A stretch of 63,350 nucleotides of DNA, filler included, from Octopus bimaculoides (Eukaryota): assembly GCF_001194135.2 (NCBI RefSeq). It is 6 parts of 6 records of this genome, joined end to end, with 100 filler letters (N's around TTAATTAATTAA, not from the genome) between each part and the next. Parts side by side here need not be neighbours in the genome. Positions count along the whole stretch, not along the records: positions 1 to 28,606 come from NC_069008.1; 5 more parts are not named here. One strand, written 5' to 3'. Shown piece by piece: positions 14,891-26,297 of this stretch (positions are counted from its first letter, which is position 1; every line of letters begins with the position of its first letter). Position numbers and translations under genes: made by a program. Below the pieces are notes generated by a model. It was not told the origin of the DNA and made no database searches. It worked only from the letters and a program-made list of their open reading frames with translations.

Positions 14891-15223
14891 TGGCATCTTG
14901 GGCAAGTTTCTTCTACTATAGCCTCGGGCCGACCATGCCTTGTGAGTGGATTTGGTAGATGGAAACTGAAAGAAGCCCGTCGTATATATGTAAATATATA
15001 TATATGTATGTGTTTGTGTGTCTGTGTTTGTCCCCCCAACATCGCTTGACAACCGATGCTGGTGTGTTTACGTCCCCGTAACTTAGCGGTTCAGCAAAAG
15101 AGACCGATAGAATAAGTACTACGTTTACAAAGAATAAGTCCTGGGGTTGATGTGCTCGACTAAAGGCGGTGCTCCAGCATGGCCGCAGTCAAATGACTGA
15201 AACAAGTAAAAGAGTAAAGAGAG
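14891..15223 (+). mobile_element. SINE family C, 5'-truncated
   Basis: Core, (TA)n(TG)n and tail ending AGTAAAAGAGTAAAGAG. Confidence 0.85.
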
Positions 15224-15799
15224 TTAATGTTTCATGAATCCCCCGGCTTCCATAAGTCACATCCACTTTAAGCAACTCGTACTTTAGTACTATTTTTATG
15301 CAGCTGTCCTCTGCTAATACCCATCACATGACTAGACCAATACACACACACACTATATATAAATGATTATAGGTTAGGTAATCTGATAGTATTTCACTGA
15401 TAAAGTCATAGACATATTTGCCCCCCCTGTGCGTGCGTGTGCGTGCGTGTGTGTGTGTATAAGAGGAATGGTGTGCATGTTTTTGTATCTGTGGTTAACA
15501 AAGTCTTCAAACCCACACCTACAAATTATATACTCATCACTAGAAATATCTGTGACGGTCAGTGAGTGTATGATAACACAGACATATACATACATATGTT
15601 CATACATAGACACACACACACACACACACAAAATGTGTACGTGTGTGTGTGTCTATATAGATATATATACATTAATCCCTCACCATATTGTGGTTCACCT
15701 ATCGCGGTTTATTATTTAAGCTTTCATTGAATCCTCTGTGGTGGTGTTTTTTTTATTATTTTTATAATTTGTATCCGCCTGACTGGCTGACATAGGATT

Positions 15800-16179
15800 T
15801 TTGAGCGAGATCGTTGCCAGTGCCCCTGGACTGGCTCTTGTGCGGGTGGCACATAAAATACACCATCTTGAGCATGGCCGTTGCCAGTACCGCCTGACTG
15901 GCCTTCGTGCGGGTGGCACGTAAAAGCACCCACTACACTCTCTGAGTGGTTGGCGTTAGGAAGGGCATCCAGCTGTAGAAACTNNNNNNNNNNCGTAAAA
16001 GCACCCACTACACTCTCTGAGTGGTTGGCGTTAGGAAGGGCATCCAGCTGTAGAAACTCTGCCAAATCAGATTGGAGCCTGGTGTTGCCATCCGGTTTCA
16101 CCAGTCCTCAGTCAAATCGTCCAACCCATGCTAGCATGGAAAGCGGACGTTAAACGATGATGATGATGATGATGATGAT
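15800..16179 (+). mobile_element. Family D retroposon
   Basis: Modules and (GAT)n tail. Other copies at ~795-928, 4571-4718 (-), 11489-11683, 12020-12203, 16411-16679. Confidence 0.8.
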
Positions 16180-16924
16180 ATTCTATTATAAATGCAAAAA
16201 TATACAGTACAGTAGTGTTTCTACTTCACAGATTTTCACCTACCATGGGGGACTTTGGAATGTAACACCCACGATAGTTGAGGGATTACTACCTTGGATC
16301 TTAGGGTGACATACTGTGCTTGAGGAGACCTATTGAGTCAAGTCCATCAACATCAACATCAACATCAATATCAAAATCAAATTACAATCAAATGGAAATT
16401 GTAGTTGTAGTCCTCGTGCCGGTGGCCCGTAAAAAGCACCATCTGATCATGGTCGATGCCAGCTCCTCTGGCCCCTGTGCTGGTGGCACGTAAAAAGCAC
16501 CCACTATACTCTCGGAGTGGTTGGCATTAGGAAGGGCATCCAGCTGTAGAAACACTGCCAGATCAGATTGGGGCCTGGTGCAGCCTCCTGGCTTCCCAGA
16601 CCCCAGTCGAACCGTCCGACCCATGCCAGTATGGTAAACGGACGTTAAATGATAATGATGATGATGATGATGATGATGATATGCTCCGTGACAACCCTTA
16701 CTCACCTGTTGGATGATGGAGTTAGCATCACTGATGATATTGGATGAACTCAGCCATCCACTTAACACCTGGCTACCTAAAATGTCTCCCACTCTAGACC
16801 ATGAATTACATGTCCCCACCTGAGATCTCCAAAGACTTTGCCCTTCATCTGTTCAGGGTTGATAGATTACATACTAGTGATTACCTTCCCCAAAATTTCG
16901 GACTTTGAGCCTTTACTAGAAAGG

Positions 16925-16957
<33 letters not shown>

Positions 16958-16964
16958 ATTATTA

Positions 16965-17180
16965 TGGCAGGGAGCTGGCAGAATCGTTACCATTCCAGGT
17001 GAAATGCTTAGTGGTATTTTGTCTGTCTTTCCATTCTGAGTTCAAATTCCACCGAGGTCAACTTTACCTTTCATCCTTTCAGGGTTGATAAATTAAGTAC
17101 CAGTGAATCACTGGAGTTGATGTAATCCACTAGTCCCCTCCCTTCAAATTTCAGGCCTTGTGCCTATAGTAGAAAGGATT
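16965..17180 (+). mobile_element. SINE family E (head GGNGAGCTGGCAGAATCGTTA, core GAGGTCGACTTTGCCTTTCATCCTTTCGGGGTCGATAAA)
   Basis: B-box-like GAGTTCAAATTCC; tail AAATTTCAGGCCTTGTGCCTATAGTAGAAAGGATTATT. Other copies at ~8135-8268 (-), 11275-11385 (-), 25480-25690 (+), 48140-48228 (+), 56835-57052 (-), 61255-61510 (-). Confidence 0.8.
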
Positions 17181-17204
17181 ATTATCATCATCATCATCAT
17201 CATC

Positions 17205-17512
17205 ATATGTTTGACTTTTGCTTTGCATTTGTACGAGTTGGATCCAAGTCTCACCCAGAGACCTCAAGAGACAACAAGGTAGAAGTTCATGTAGGTGTTA
17301 TGCCTAGGGTACCATATATTTGGATTTGTACATAGTGTTGTTCTAGAGAATGTCTAAGAAACCATAAGAAAATTACGAGTTTGTTTTAAAATTTGAGATC
17401 ACATAGAAAGTATTTTACGTAGGATATGGGCAGTTCCCATGAGCACTATCTTTTGAACTTCAGCCATTTTGGGGCTTCCTGGTATCTGAGCTAGGTAGTA
17501 ATCAGCTCGTAT
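17205..17512 (-). mobile_element. R4/Dong extreme 3' end
   Basis: ADYYLAQIPGSPKMAEVQKIVLMGTAHILRKILSM-stop plus 3' UTR, between (TAT)n and (CAT)n. Confidence 0.8.
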
Positions 17513-17526
17513 TTTCATTTTCATTT

Positions 17527-17564
<38 letters not shown>

Positions 17565-17790
17565 GTTATTGTTATTATAATTATCACATAGTTTCATTCA
17601 ATGTTCTCTACAACAATGTAATTACCTTGTGCAATATTCATTTTCCTTCATTATGTTTTAACATTTTTCATAATCTATTGTTATCTGATATTATTATCTC
17701 TGTGAAGATAGTACAAAGTTCCTGCTACTTGTTTGATACATGAGCTTGTATCTATCTTTCTATCTATCTATCGCCTGTGTGATACATCTT

Positions 17791-17827
<37 letters not shown>

Positions 17828-17958
17828 NNNNNNNNNNNNNNNNNNNNNNNNNNNNNNNNNNNNNNNNNNNNNNNNNNNNNNNNNNNNNNNNNNNNNNNNN
17901 NNNNNNNNNNNNNNNNNNNNNNNNNNNNNNNNNNNNNNNNNNNNNNNNNNNNNNNNNN

Positions 17959-17999
<41 letters not shown>

Positions 18000-18673
18000 A
18001 TTTCGGGATGGTCATTTTTTTTTGCCAAATAAACAACGCAATATATATTTGTTCTTCATTCGTTTATTGATGTTTTTTTTTTGTTTTTTTTTTTTGCAGG
18101 AACACACATGAAGATGGAAAATGTCACCAAAGAGGTAGCAGATGTGTGACAAAAGATTACCAGACAATGGACATGAGATAGAATAAGAACAGCAATAAAT
18201 GAGTGAAGAATGAATATGTAGTGTGTGTGTGCGTGTGTGTGTGTGTGTTTATTTGGCAAAAAAAAACAAAAAACAAAAGTGACCATCCCAAAATACTACA
18301 ATATCTGTTTCAACACACGGTTTCACATCAGGAATCTTGTAACACAAATTCATAAACGCATCTATATATAACTATGTATATATATGTATATATATATATA
18401 TTCATATATATATATATATATATATAATCATAAATATACAGGGATTAGCAGGAGTTGCTATAAATTTGTAGTTTGGAATCAGTAGTTCTTTGACTGCTAT
18501 TTCTAAATTTCAGTATGTTGGAGAAGCAACTCCTGCTAATCCCTGTATATTTATGATTATAAATGGTTTTACCGATAAAGGTTTTTTCATANNNNNNNNN
18601 NNNNNNNNNNNNNNNNNNNNNNNNNNNNNNNNNNNNNNNNNNNNNNNNNNNNNNNNNNNNNNNNNNNNNNNNN

Positions 18674-18778
<105 letters not shown>

Positions 18779-19007
18779 TATACACATACATATATATATA
18801 CATAGATATATACATGCATACATACATACATATATATATATAAAGCAGTTGTATACTGTCAACTTAATGTGACAGTCCCAATAAGGGAATCATACCGCTG
18901 TTATTTAGCCCTAGGAAGCTGGACCGCTTCCTGTCGGCATTGACACATTTCTTGTGCCCTTATATTTGCAAGGGGGAGACAAGCACCCCCATCCAGTCTA
19001 GCCAGCA

Positions 19008-19050
19008 TTCAGGGACATGTTTCTGAGTCATTGCTCGTCGTCAGCCTGAA
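19008..19050 (-). ncRNA. Minimal type I hammerhead ribozyme motif
   Basis: Minus strand: TTCAGG-CTGACGA-C-GAG-CAATGA-CTC-A-GAAA-CATG-TC-CCTGAA. Perfect 6-bp stem I, intact CUGANGA and GAAA core, 3-bp stem II with C.A at 10.1/11.1, palindromic stem III ACATGT, GUC cleavage triplet. Confidence 0.7.
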
Positions 19051-19596
19051 GTAGCAAAACCAGCTGGCTGAAGATGTCTGTCAACCTCTCGCAAATACTC
19101 TTTTACTTGTTTCAGTCATTTGACTGCGACCATGCTGGAGCACCGCCTTTAGTCGAGCAAATCGACCCCAGGACTTATTCTTTGTAAGGTGCCATCACGA
19201 TTTCGCTTTCGCTTGCCCCAACAGGTCTTCGCAAGCCGAGTTTCATGTCCAATGAAGGAGACGATGTTGGCATGGGTGCCAGTCGTTGAATTTAGTTTGA
19301 TTTCGATTTCACTTGCCTCAACAGGTCTTCACAAGCGGAGTTTAGTGTCCAGTGAAGGAAAGGTATATTATATAACCCTAGTATTATCCATATTAGAAGA
19401 CATGGCATATTATAAAAAGGTACAACACTACAATCAGCAGAAAATAATGAGAAGCCGAAAATTTATGTTAAACCTATACAGAGTAAGGCTCACCAGTCAG
19501 CTCAACAGCAACTTAACATTTTGCTTAGTGCATTTCCTTCTGCCTTGGTTACCCAGTTGAAAGATTTGATAACAGATATGCCACAGGATGCAACTT

Positions 19597-19932
19597 GGCA
19601 CCTGTGCCCAGCATTGCCTTCCTGACACTTGTGCCGGTGGCACGTGTAAAGACATTCGAGCGAGATTGTGCCAGTGCAGCTGGACTGGCTCCTGTGCAGG
19701 TGGCATGTAAAATACACCATCTTGAGCGTGGCCGTTGCCAGTACCGCCTGACTGGCCCTCGTGCGGGTGACACGTAAAAGCACCCACTAAACTCTCGGAG
19801 TGGTTGGCGTTAGGAAGAGCATCCAACTGTAGAAACTACCAAATCAGATTGGAGCGTGGTGTAGCCATCTGGCTTCACCAGTCCTCAATCAAGTCGTCCA
19901 ACCGATGCTAGCATGGAAAGTGGACGTTAAAC

Positions 19933-19963
<31 letters not shown>
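19597..19963 (+). mobile_element. Family D retroposon, 3' part
   Basis: Same modules and tail; its 5' part lies inverted at 19188-19365. Confidence 0.8.
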
Positions 19964-19965
<2 letters not shown>

Positions 19966-20113
19966 TAGCAGGCCCTGTATGCGAAAGTCACCATCTCGGT
20001 AAATTTTTAGAGACCCTCTTAAAACCATTGCTCAAGTATATTAAAAGCTACAGAAGGGTCAAACTATATATGCTCAATCATCTCCCTGAAACAATAAATA
20101 AAAACACCCTACT

Positions 20114-20334
20114 AGTACCCCTTTTCCAATAGTACCCCTTTTCCAATAGTACCCCTTTTCCAATAGTACCCCTTTTCCAATAGTATCCCTTTTCCAATAG
20201 TACCCCTTTTCCAATAGTATCCCTTTTCCAATAGTACCCCTTTTCCAATAGTACCCCTTTTCCAATAGTATCCCTTTTCCAATAGTACCCATTTTCCAAT
20301 AGTATCCCTTTTCCAATAGTATCCCTTTTCCAAT
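20114..20334. repeat. 17-bp minisatellite, 13 copies
   Basis: AGTA(C/T)CCCTTTTCCAAT head-to-tail with no spacers; one copy has CCCATTTT. Confidence 0.95.
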
Positions 20335-20739
20335 ATCCCCGACAGCCTAGGAATAGAGGCAATCCAATTCTGGTTAGAGAATTACTCCAATGAACTCCCA
20401 TGAACTGCATCAAAAAAGAATTCATAATAGAATGGCTAAAATTCCATCTTGGTGAATAACTTCTTGTATTTAATGACAACTTCTATCAAAAGAAATTGGG
20501 GACTGCGATGGGCATGTGAATGGTTCCCTCCTTTTTTAATCTAGTCATGGGGTACCTAAACATCAATCTTTATAGTAAGGTACGATGAAACTTAGGATGC
20601 TACGATGAGATCCAGAAAACACACACACACCAACACACACATTATGTGTGTGTATAGGAATTCATGTCTTGATCTATTTTTAGATGTTTAATTTTCTCTT
20701 CTCTGTTACTTATATAATATACACCTGCATGCATGCAGG

Positions 20740-21019
20740 AACACACACGCACACATACATACATACATATATATATATATATAAAACATACATACACAAA
20801 TATGCATACGTATATGTATGAATATATGGATGCGCATATATATATATGTATACATATATATGTATGTATATATATATGTATATACACATATACACACACA
20901 CATGCATACATATATGTATGCATATATATACATATATATATATACATACATATATATGTATATATATATATGTATATACACACATACACATGCATACATA
21001 TATGTATACATATATATGC

Positions 21020-21062
<43 letters not shown>

Positions 21063-21141
21063 AACACATACACACACGTGTGTGTGTGCGAGTGTATACA
21101 CAAACACACACATGCATGCATGTATGTATGCATATATATAC

Positions 21142-21174
<33 letters not shown>

Positions 21175-21239
21175 TATGTATATATATATATGTATATACA
21201 CACATACACATGCATACATATATGTATACATATATATGC

Positions 21240-21270
<31 letters not shown>

Positions 21271-21340
21271 CAAACACATACACACATGTGTGTGCGTGCG
21301 AGTGTATACACAAACACACACATGCATGCGTGTATGTGTC
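20740..21340. repeat. Compound (TA)/(CA) microsatellite with ~210-nt higher-order duplication
   Basis: GCGAGTGTATACACAAACACACACATGCATGC recurs with a 210-nt period (AGTGTATACA at 21091 and 21301). Confidence 0.85.
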
Positions 21341-22233
21341 TGCACATGTGGGTCATAGTTATTATCACTAGGAGATATAAATTAGTCCCTTATCTTTGGA
21401 CTATTGCCTTCCCCTTGTTTCATAATATATCAATGTGTATATACACAGGAACGTAACGAGCATTTTATATGGACTCACAAATACACAGACACTAAGGTGA
21501 GAGTATGGATTATATTTTTCCTTTTAATATCGGCATCATGTATATACATCGTTAGATGATGACTTTTCTCTTTACTGTTCACACACACATGAATGTATGT
21601 GTATATATAATTGAGCTTTACCTTGGTTCTTTTCCCTAAAACTATATATTCATATNNNNNNNNNNNNNNNNNNNNNNNNNNNNNNNNNNNNNNNNNNNNN
21701 NNNNNNNNNNNNNNNNNNNNNNNNNNNNNNNNNNNNNNNNNNNNNNNNNNNNNNNNNNNNNNNNNNNNNNNNNNNNNNNNNNNNNNNNNNNNNNNNNNNN
21801 NNNNNNNNNNNNNNNNNNNNNNNNNNNNNNNNNNNNNNNNNNNNNNNNNNNNNNNNNNNNNNNNNNNNNNNNNNNNNNNNNNNNNNNNNNNNNNNNNNNN
21901 NNNNNNNNNNNNNNNNNNNNNNNNNNNNNNNNNNNNNNNNNNNNNNNNNNNNNNNNNNNNNNNNNNNNNNNNNNNNNNNNNNNNNNNNNNNNNNNNNNNN
22001 NNNNNNNNNNNNNNNNNNNNNNNNNNNNNNNNNNNNNNNNNNNNNNNNNNNNNNNNNNNNNNNNNNNNNNNNNNNNNNNNNNNNNNNNNNNNNNNNNNNN
22101 NNNNNNNNNNNNNNNNNNNNNNNNNNNNNNNNNNNNNNNNNNNNNNNNNNNNNNNNNNNNNNNNNNNNNNNNNNNNNNNNNNNNNNNNNNNNNNNNNNNN
22201 NNNNNNNNNNNNNNNNNNNNNNNNNNNNNNNNN

Positions 22234-22463
22234 GACAAGGCCGACCCTTTGAATTACAGGCACAACAGAAACAGGAAGAAAGACTGAGAGAAAGTTGTGG
22301 TGGAAGAGTACAGCAGGGTTGGCCACCATCCCCTGCCGGAGCCTCGTGGAGCTTTTAGGTGTTTTCGCTCAATAAACACTCACAACGCCCGGTCTGGGAA
22401 TCGAAACCGCGATCCTTTGACTGCGAGTCCGCTGCCCTAACCACTGGGCCATTGCGCCTCCAC
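22234..22463 (-). mobile_element. SINE family A, 5' part
   Basis: Reverse complement of family A head and body. Confidence 0.85.
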
Positions 22464-22525
22464 TATATGTATGTATGTATATATGTATGTATATAAGGGT
22501 CTGATGATGTTGATGTTGGCAAAAG

Positions 22526-22557
<32 letters not shown>

Positions 22558-23250
22558 GATGATAATGTCGATGATGGTGATGATGACGGTATTGTTGATG
22601 ACATCAGTGAACAGGGATGATAATGATGATATGCTCTTTTATAGGCTAATGACAATGATCAGGCTGATGCGTTTATTTCACTGAACTTTGTGACCGAAGC
22701 ACTTTATCAATCTGTTTACCAAACATGTCAAGATACCCTCTTTTGCATTAATTTTATTTATGCCAGTTATATCATCACCACCACCACCGCCACCGCCACC
22801 ACCACCACCACCATCACCATCACCACCACCACCAACNNNNNNNNNNNNNNNNNNNNNNNNNNNNNNNNNNNNNNNNNNNNNNNNNNNNNNNNNNNNNNNN
22901 NNNNNNNNNNNNNNNNNNNNNNNNNNNNNNNNNNNNNNNNNNNNNNNNNNNNNNNNNNNNNNNNNNNNNNNNNNNNNNNCAACACCACCATCACCGCCGC
23001 AGCAGCCGCCACCACCACCGTTGTCATCATCTTCATCATCTTTATGATCTGCATGTAAAAAATAGTTGGTGTATAAATCTGTGTGTGCGTGCACGCGTGT
23101 ATGTGTGCATGCGTGTGTGTGTGTGTGTGTGTGTGTGTAAATGTATGTGTGAACGAATGTACATGCGTTAACTTTTCTAATATATATTTTCTTATTTTTA
23201 TTCAGTTGCAGTTCTTGCTGGTGTTGACTATTCATCATTTACCCCGCTTG

Positions 23251-23913
23251 ATGGACATTGGGCCACCAGATGAAGAAGGAATCGAAGGAGGAGGAGGAAA
23301 TGGAGGAAATGGAGGAGGAGGAGAGGATTACGAGATTGAAGAAGACCTTGAGTACAATAACAACAACAGCAACAACGACAACCACAAGGACAACAGCAAC
23401 GAAGAGATAGCATCACTAAAGACAGTTCCCTTGATTGTGTCATCAAGATTATCATCTGTGTCGTCAACGTCGACGATGTTGAGGAGGGGCGCAAACGAGA
23501 TCCGTCACAGGAGGAACGAAGAAAACCATCGCCCCGTCCCTCGCACACGTCTCACGGTCCAGTGCAAGTCGAAATTTGAGCAGGACCTCGAGAAACAACC
23601 AGCTGACTCACCGTCTGTGCCATACTTAGCGACGTTCATTAAGTGGTTAGCCACATTCCTGCTTGGGTCCCTCTTTCTCACTTCCCTTGTCTTCAGCCGT
23701 TTGTCAATGATATCACTAACTCAGCATTTCAATTCCTCTCTGATGCTCGGTGGCTCTGACAACATCCATGTCTATGGTGAACAGGATTATGTGGTATTCT
23801 CGATGTTACTGCTGCTGCTGATTATTCCCCACTGCATCACACTGCTGCAGTCAATATGGGTTGGTGGTCTTGGAAGCCATACCCCGTGGCCAGATAATAT
23901 TGGACTTGCAATC
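23251..23913 (+). CDS. chs: Chitin synthase-like gene, first visible coding exon (acidic/Gly/Asn-rich N-terminus plus first transmembrane segments)
   Basis: Open frame MDIGPPDEEG...KWLATFLLGSLFLTSLVFSRLSMISL...VFSMLLLLLIIPHCITLLQSIWVGGLGSHTPWPDNIGLAI resembles metazoan chitin synthase N-terminal TM region (LVFSKxS, P..SLW.G, PWP motifs). Acceptor candidates ttcag/ttgcag at 23205/23211; donor ATC|GTAAGT at 23913/23914, phase 0. Start codon uncertain because the frame is open upstream of ATG 23251. Family recognised from memory, no search run. Confidence 0.8.
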
Positions 23914-24024
23914 GTAAGTGTTATTGGCTGTTGAGTATTTTCAGCCTCTAATTCTTAATCTTAGTCAACTAAACTTTTGAACAACTAATGCTTGCTTTAT
24001 ATCTGTCATAAATACATGAATTTA

Positions 24025-24288
24025 GTTGGCACTCTGTCGCTTACGACGTCAAGGGTTCCGGTTGATCCGACCAACGGAACAGCCTGCTCGTGAAATTAAC
24101 GTGCAAGTGGCTGAGCACTCCACAGACACATGTACCCTTAACGTAGTTTTCGGGGAGATTCAGCATGACACAGTGTGACACGGCTGACCCTTTGAATTAC
24201 ACTGTGTCACACTGAATCTCCACGAGCAGGCTGTTCCGTTGACCGGATCAACCGGAACCCTCGACGTCGTAAGCGACAAAGTGCCAAG
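24025..24288. mobile_element. Fold-back SINE family A (inverted self-duplication)
   Basis: Minus-strand 3' half joined to a plus-strand copy of the same 3' end; arms 24026-24092 and 24221-24287 match at 63/67 nt. Confidence 0.85.
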
Positions 24289-24731
24289 AAACTACTAACT
24301 ACTGCAAATAAGTACTAAATCTCAAAAGTCAAGTGTGTTTTCCAGGAGATGTATCCCTCATCTATTTAACACCATGAAGGTAATTGTCTGGACCATTACC
24401 TTTCACCTTTTTACACTCTTTATGGCAACAAAATTCATTGATACCAAACAAACACTGCTGGGTTTGATCTATAAATAGCTTGATTGAGAGAGAAAGAGAT
24501 AGCATGTATTGTTCTGATTGAACTGGAGATGATGGAGCTCAAACAAGATAACCAATTAAATTTCACTTTTATCTATGATTCATAACTTCTAATATGGTTA
24601 AATGGAGCAAGGCCAAACTTATAATTGAAATAGCATACTTAATTATGTATAAAGCAAGCTATTAACCCTTTCGTTAGGATATTTTTTATTGCAGTGGACT
24701 ATCTTTTCCCTCCTATCTGTTATAGGAAGCA

Positions 24732-25115
24732 GTGGAGGCGCAATGGCCCAGTGGTTAGGGCAGTGGACTCGTGGTCATAGGATCGCAGTTTCGATTCCCA
24801 GACCAGGCATTGTAAGTGTTTATTGAGCGAAAACACCTAAAGCACCACGAGGCTCCGGCAGGGGATGGTGGCGAACCCTGCTGTACTCTTTCGCCACAAC
24901 TTTCTCTCATTCTTACTTCCTGTTTCTGCTATACCTGAATTTTCAAAGGGGCCAGCCTTGTCACACTGTGTCACGCTCAATCTCCCCGAGAACTACGTTA
25001 AGGGTACACGTGTCTGTGGAGTGCTCAGCCACTTGCATGTTAATCTCACGAGCAGGCTGTTCCGTTGATCGGATCAACTGGAACCCTCGACGTCGTAAGC
25101 GACGGAGTGCCAACA
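24732..25115 (+). mobile_element. tRNA-derived SINE, family A, full length
   Basis: GGAGGCGCAATGGCCCAGTGGTTAGG (A box), GTTTCGATTCC (B box), 3' GTCGTAAGCGACGGAGTGCCAAC; TSD GTTA(T/C)AGGAAGCA at 24719-24731 and 25118-25130. Confidence 0.9.
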
Positions 25116-25911
25116 TAGTTACAGGAAGCACAAGTGCTTTCACACACATGTATACACACGATGGGAACTATTTAAAAGTAGTTAGGGGTAAAGTGTTCTA
25201 CTGTGGAGATAGTGTGATGAGAGGTACACTTCCCCCTGGAGAGAACACTTGACTATTACAGATATTTCTAAATTTACTACCTATTTACAACATCTATGGA
25301 CAAGATAACTGAAATGTTGTTGTACAAAGTAATTCATTCTAGAGACACCATGATGTAAGATGCATTTCCTCCTGGAGAGAGCTCTAGTCAGTGCTACTTA
25401 ATTGTACAGATTACCACAGCATCTATAGTGTATGCTGTGAAATTACCTGATCTGTTATGTTGTTGAATATAAAGAAGGTAGCGATCTGGCTGAATCATCA
25501 GCACATCGCGTGAAATGCTTAGCAACATTTTGTTTGTCTTCCCATTCTGAGATCAAATTCTGTCCAGGTAAAATTTGTCTTTCATCCCTTTGGGGTTGAT
25601 CAAATAGGTATCAGTTGAACACAGGGGTCGATGTAGTTGACTTACCCACATCCCTGAAATTGCTGGCCTGCTGCCAAAACTTGAAACTAATATAAAACAA
25701 TCCAACACAACCTGTTATATGTTAGGTAACCATTTTACTGGGGAAATCAAATATATCCACTCAAAATTTCATCACTCTTAACTACAGAAAGCAGTTTTAA
25801 ATACCAATCTATCCATTGTTGAGGAATGTTATGTTTGAAACTAGTTTTCATTGAGGTATAACAAAATTATCGAGGCAACATGACTTGCAGAAAATACAAA
25901 TTCTAGTTTTT

Positions 25912-26297
25912 AAGACCTGTTGGGGCAAGCGAAAGCGAAATTGTGATGGCACCTGTGCCCAGCGTTGCCTTTCTGGCACTTGTGCCCGCGGCATGTGTAA
26001 GGACTTTCGAGCGAGATCGTTGCCAGTGCCCCTGGACTGGCTCTTGTGCGGGTGGCACGTAAAATACACCATTTTGAGTGTGGCCGTTGCCAGTACCGCC
26101 TGACTGGCCTTCGTGCCGGTGGCACGTAAAAGCACCCACTACACTCTCTGAGTGGTTGGCGTTAGGAAGGGCACCCAGCTGTAGAAACTCTGCCAAATCA
26201 GATTGGAGCCTGGTGTAGCCATCTGGTTGCACCAGTCCTCAGTCAAATCGTCCAACCCATGCTAGCATGGAAAGCGGACGTTAAACGACGATGATAA
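25912..26297 (+). mobile_element. Family D retroposon (internal tandem modules, RTE-like hairpin tail, (GAT)n)
   Basis: 67-nt internal modules ending GTGCNGGTGGCACGTAAAA; 3' hairpin CGTCC-AA-CCCATGC-TA-GCATGG-AAAGC-GGACG then (GAT)n. Repeated at 26308-26692 across a 10-N gap. Confidence 0.8.

Noticed and set aside
20114-20334. CRISPR-like array
   Set aside because: Repeats are contiguous with no unique spacers, there are no cas genes, and the context is eukaryotic.
20642-21456. Long YI/HT/CV-rich ORFs (also 53468-53967, 27616-28206, 57012-57599, 59722-60125)
   Set aside because: Translations of microsatellites that are open in several frames and on both strands.
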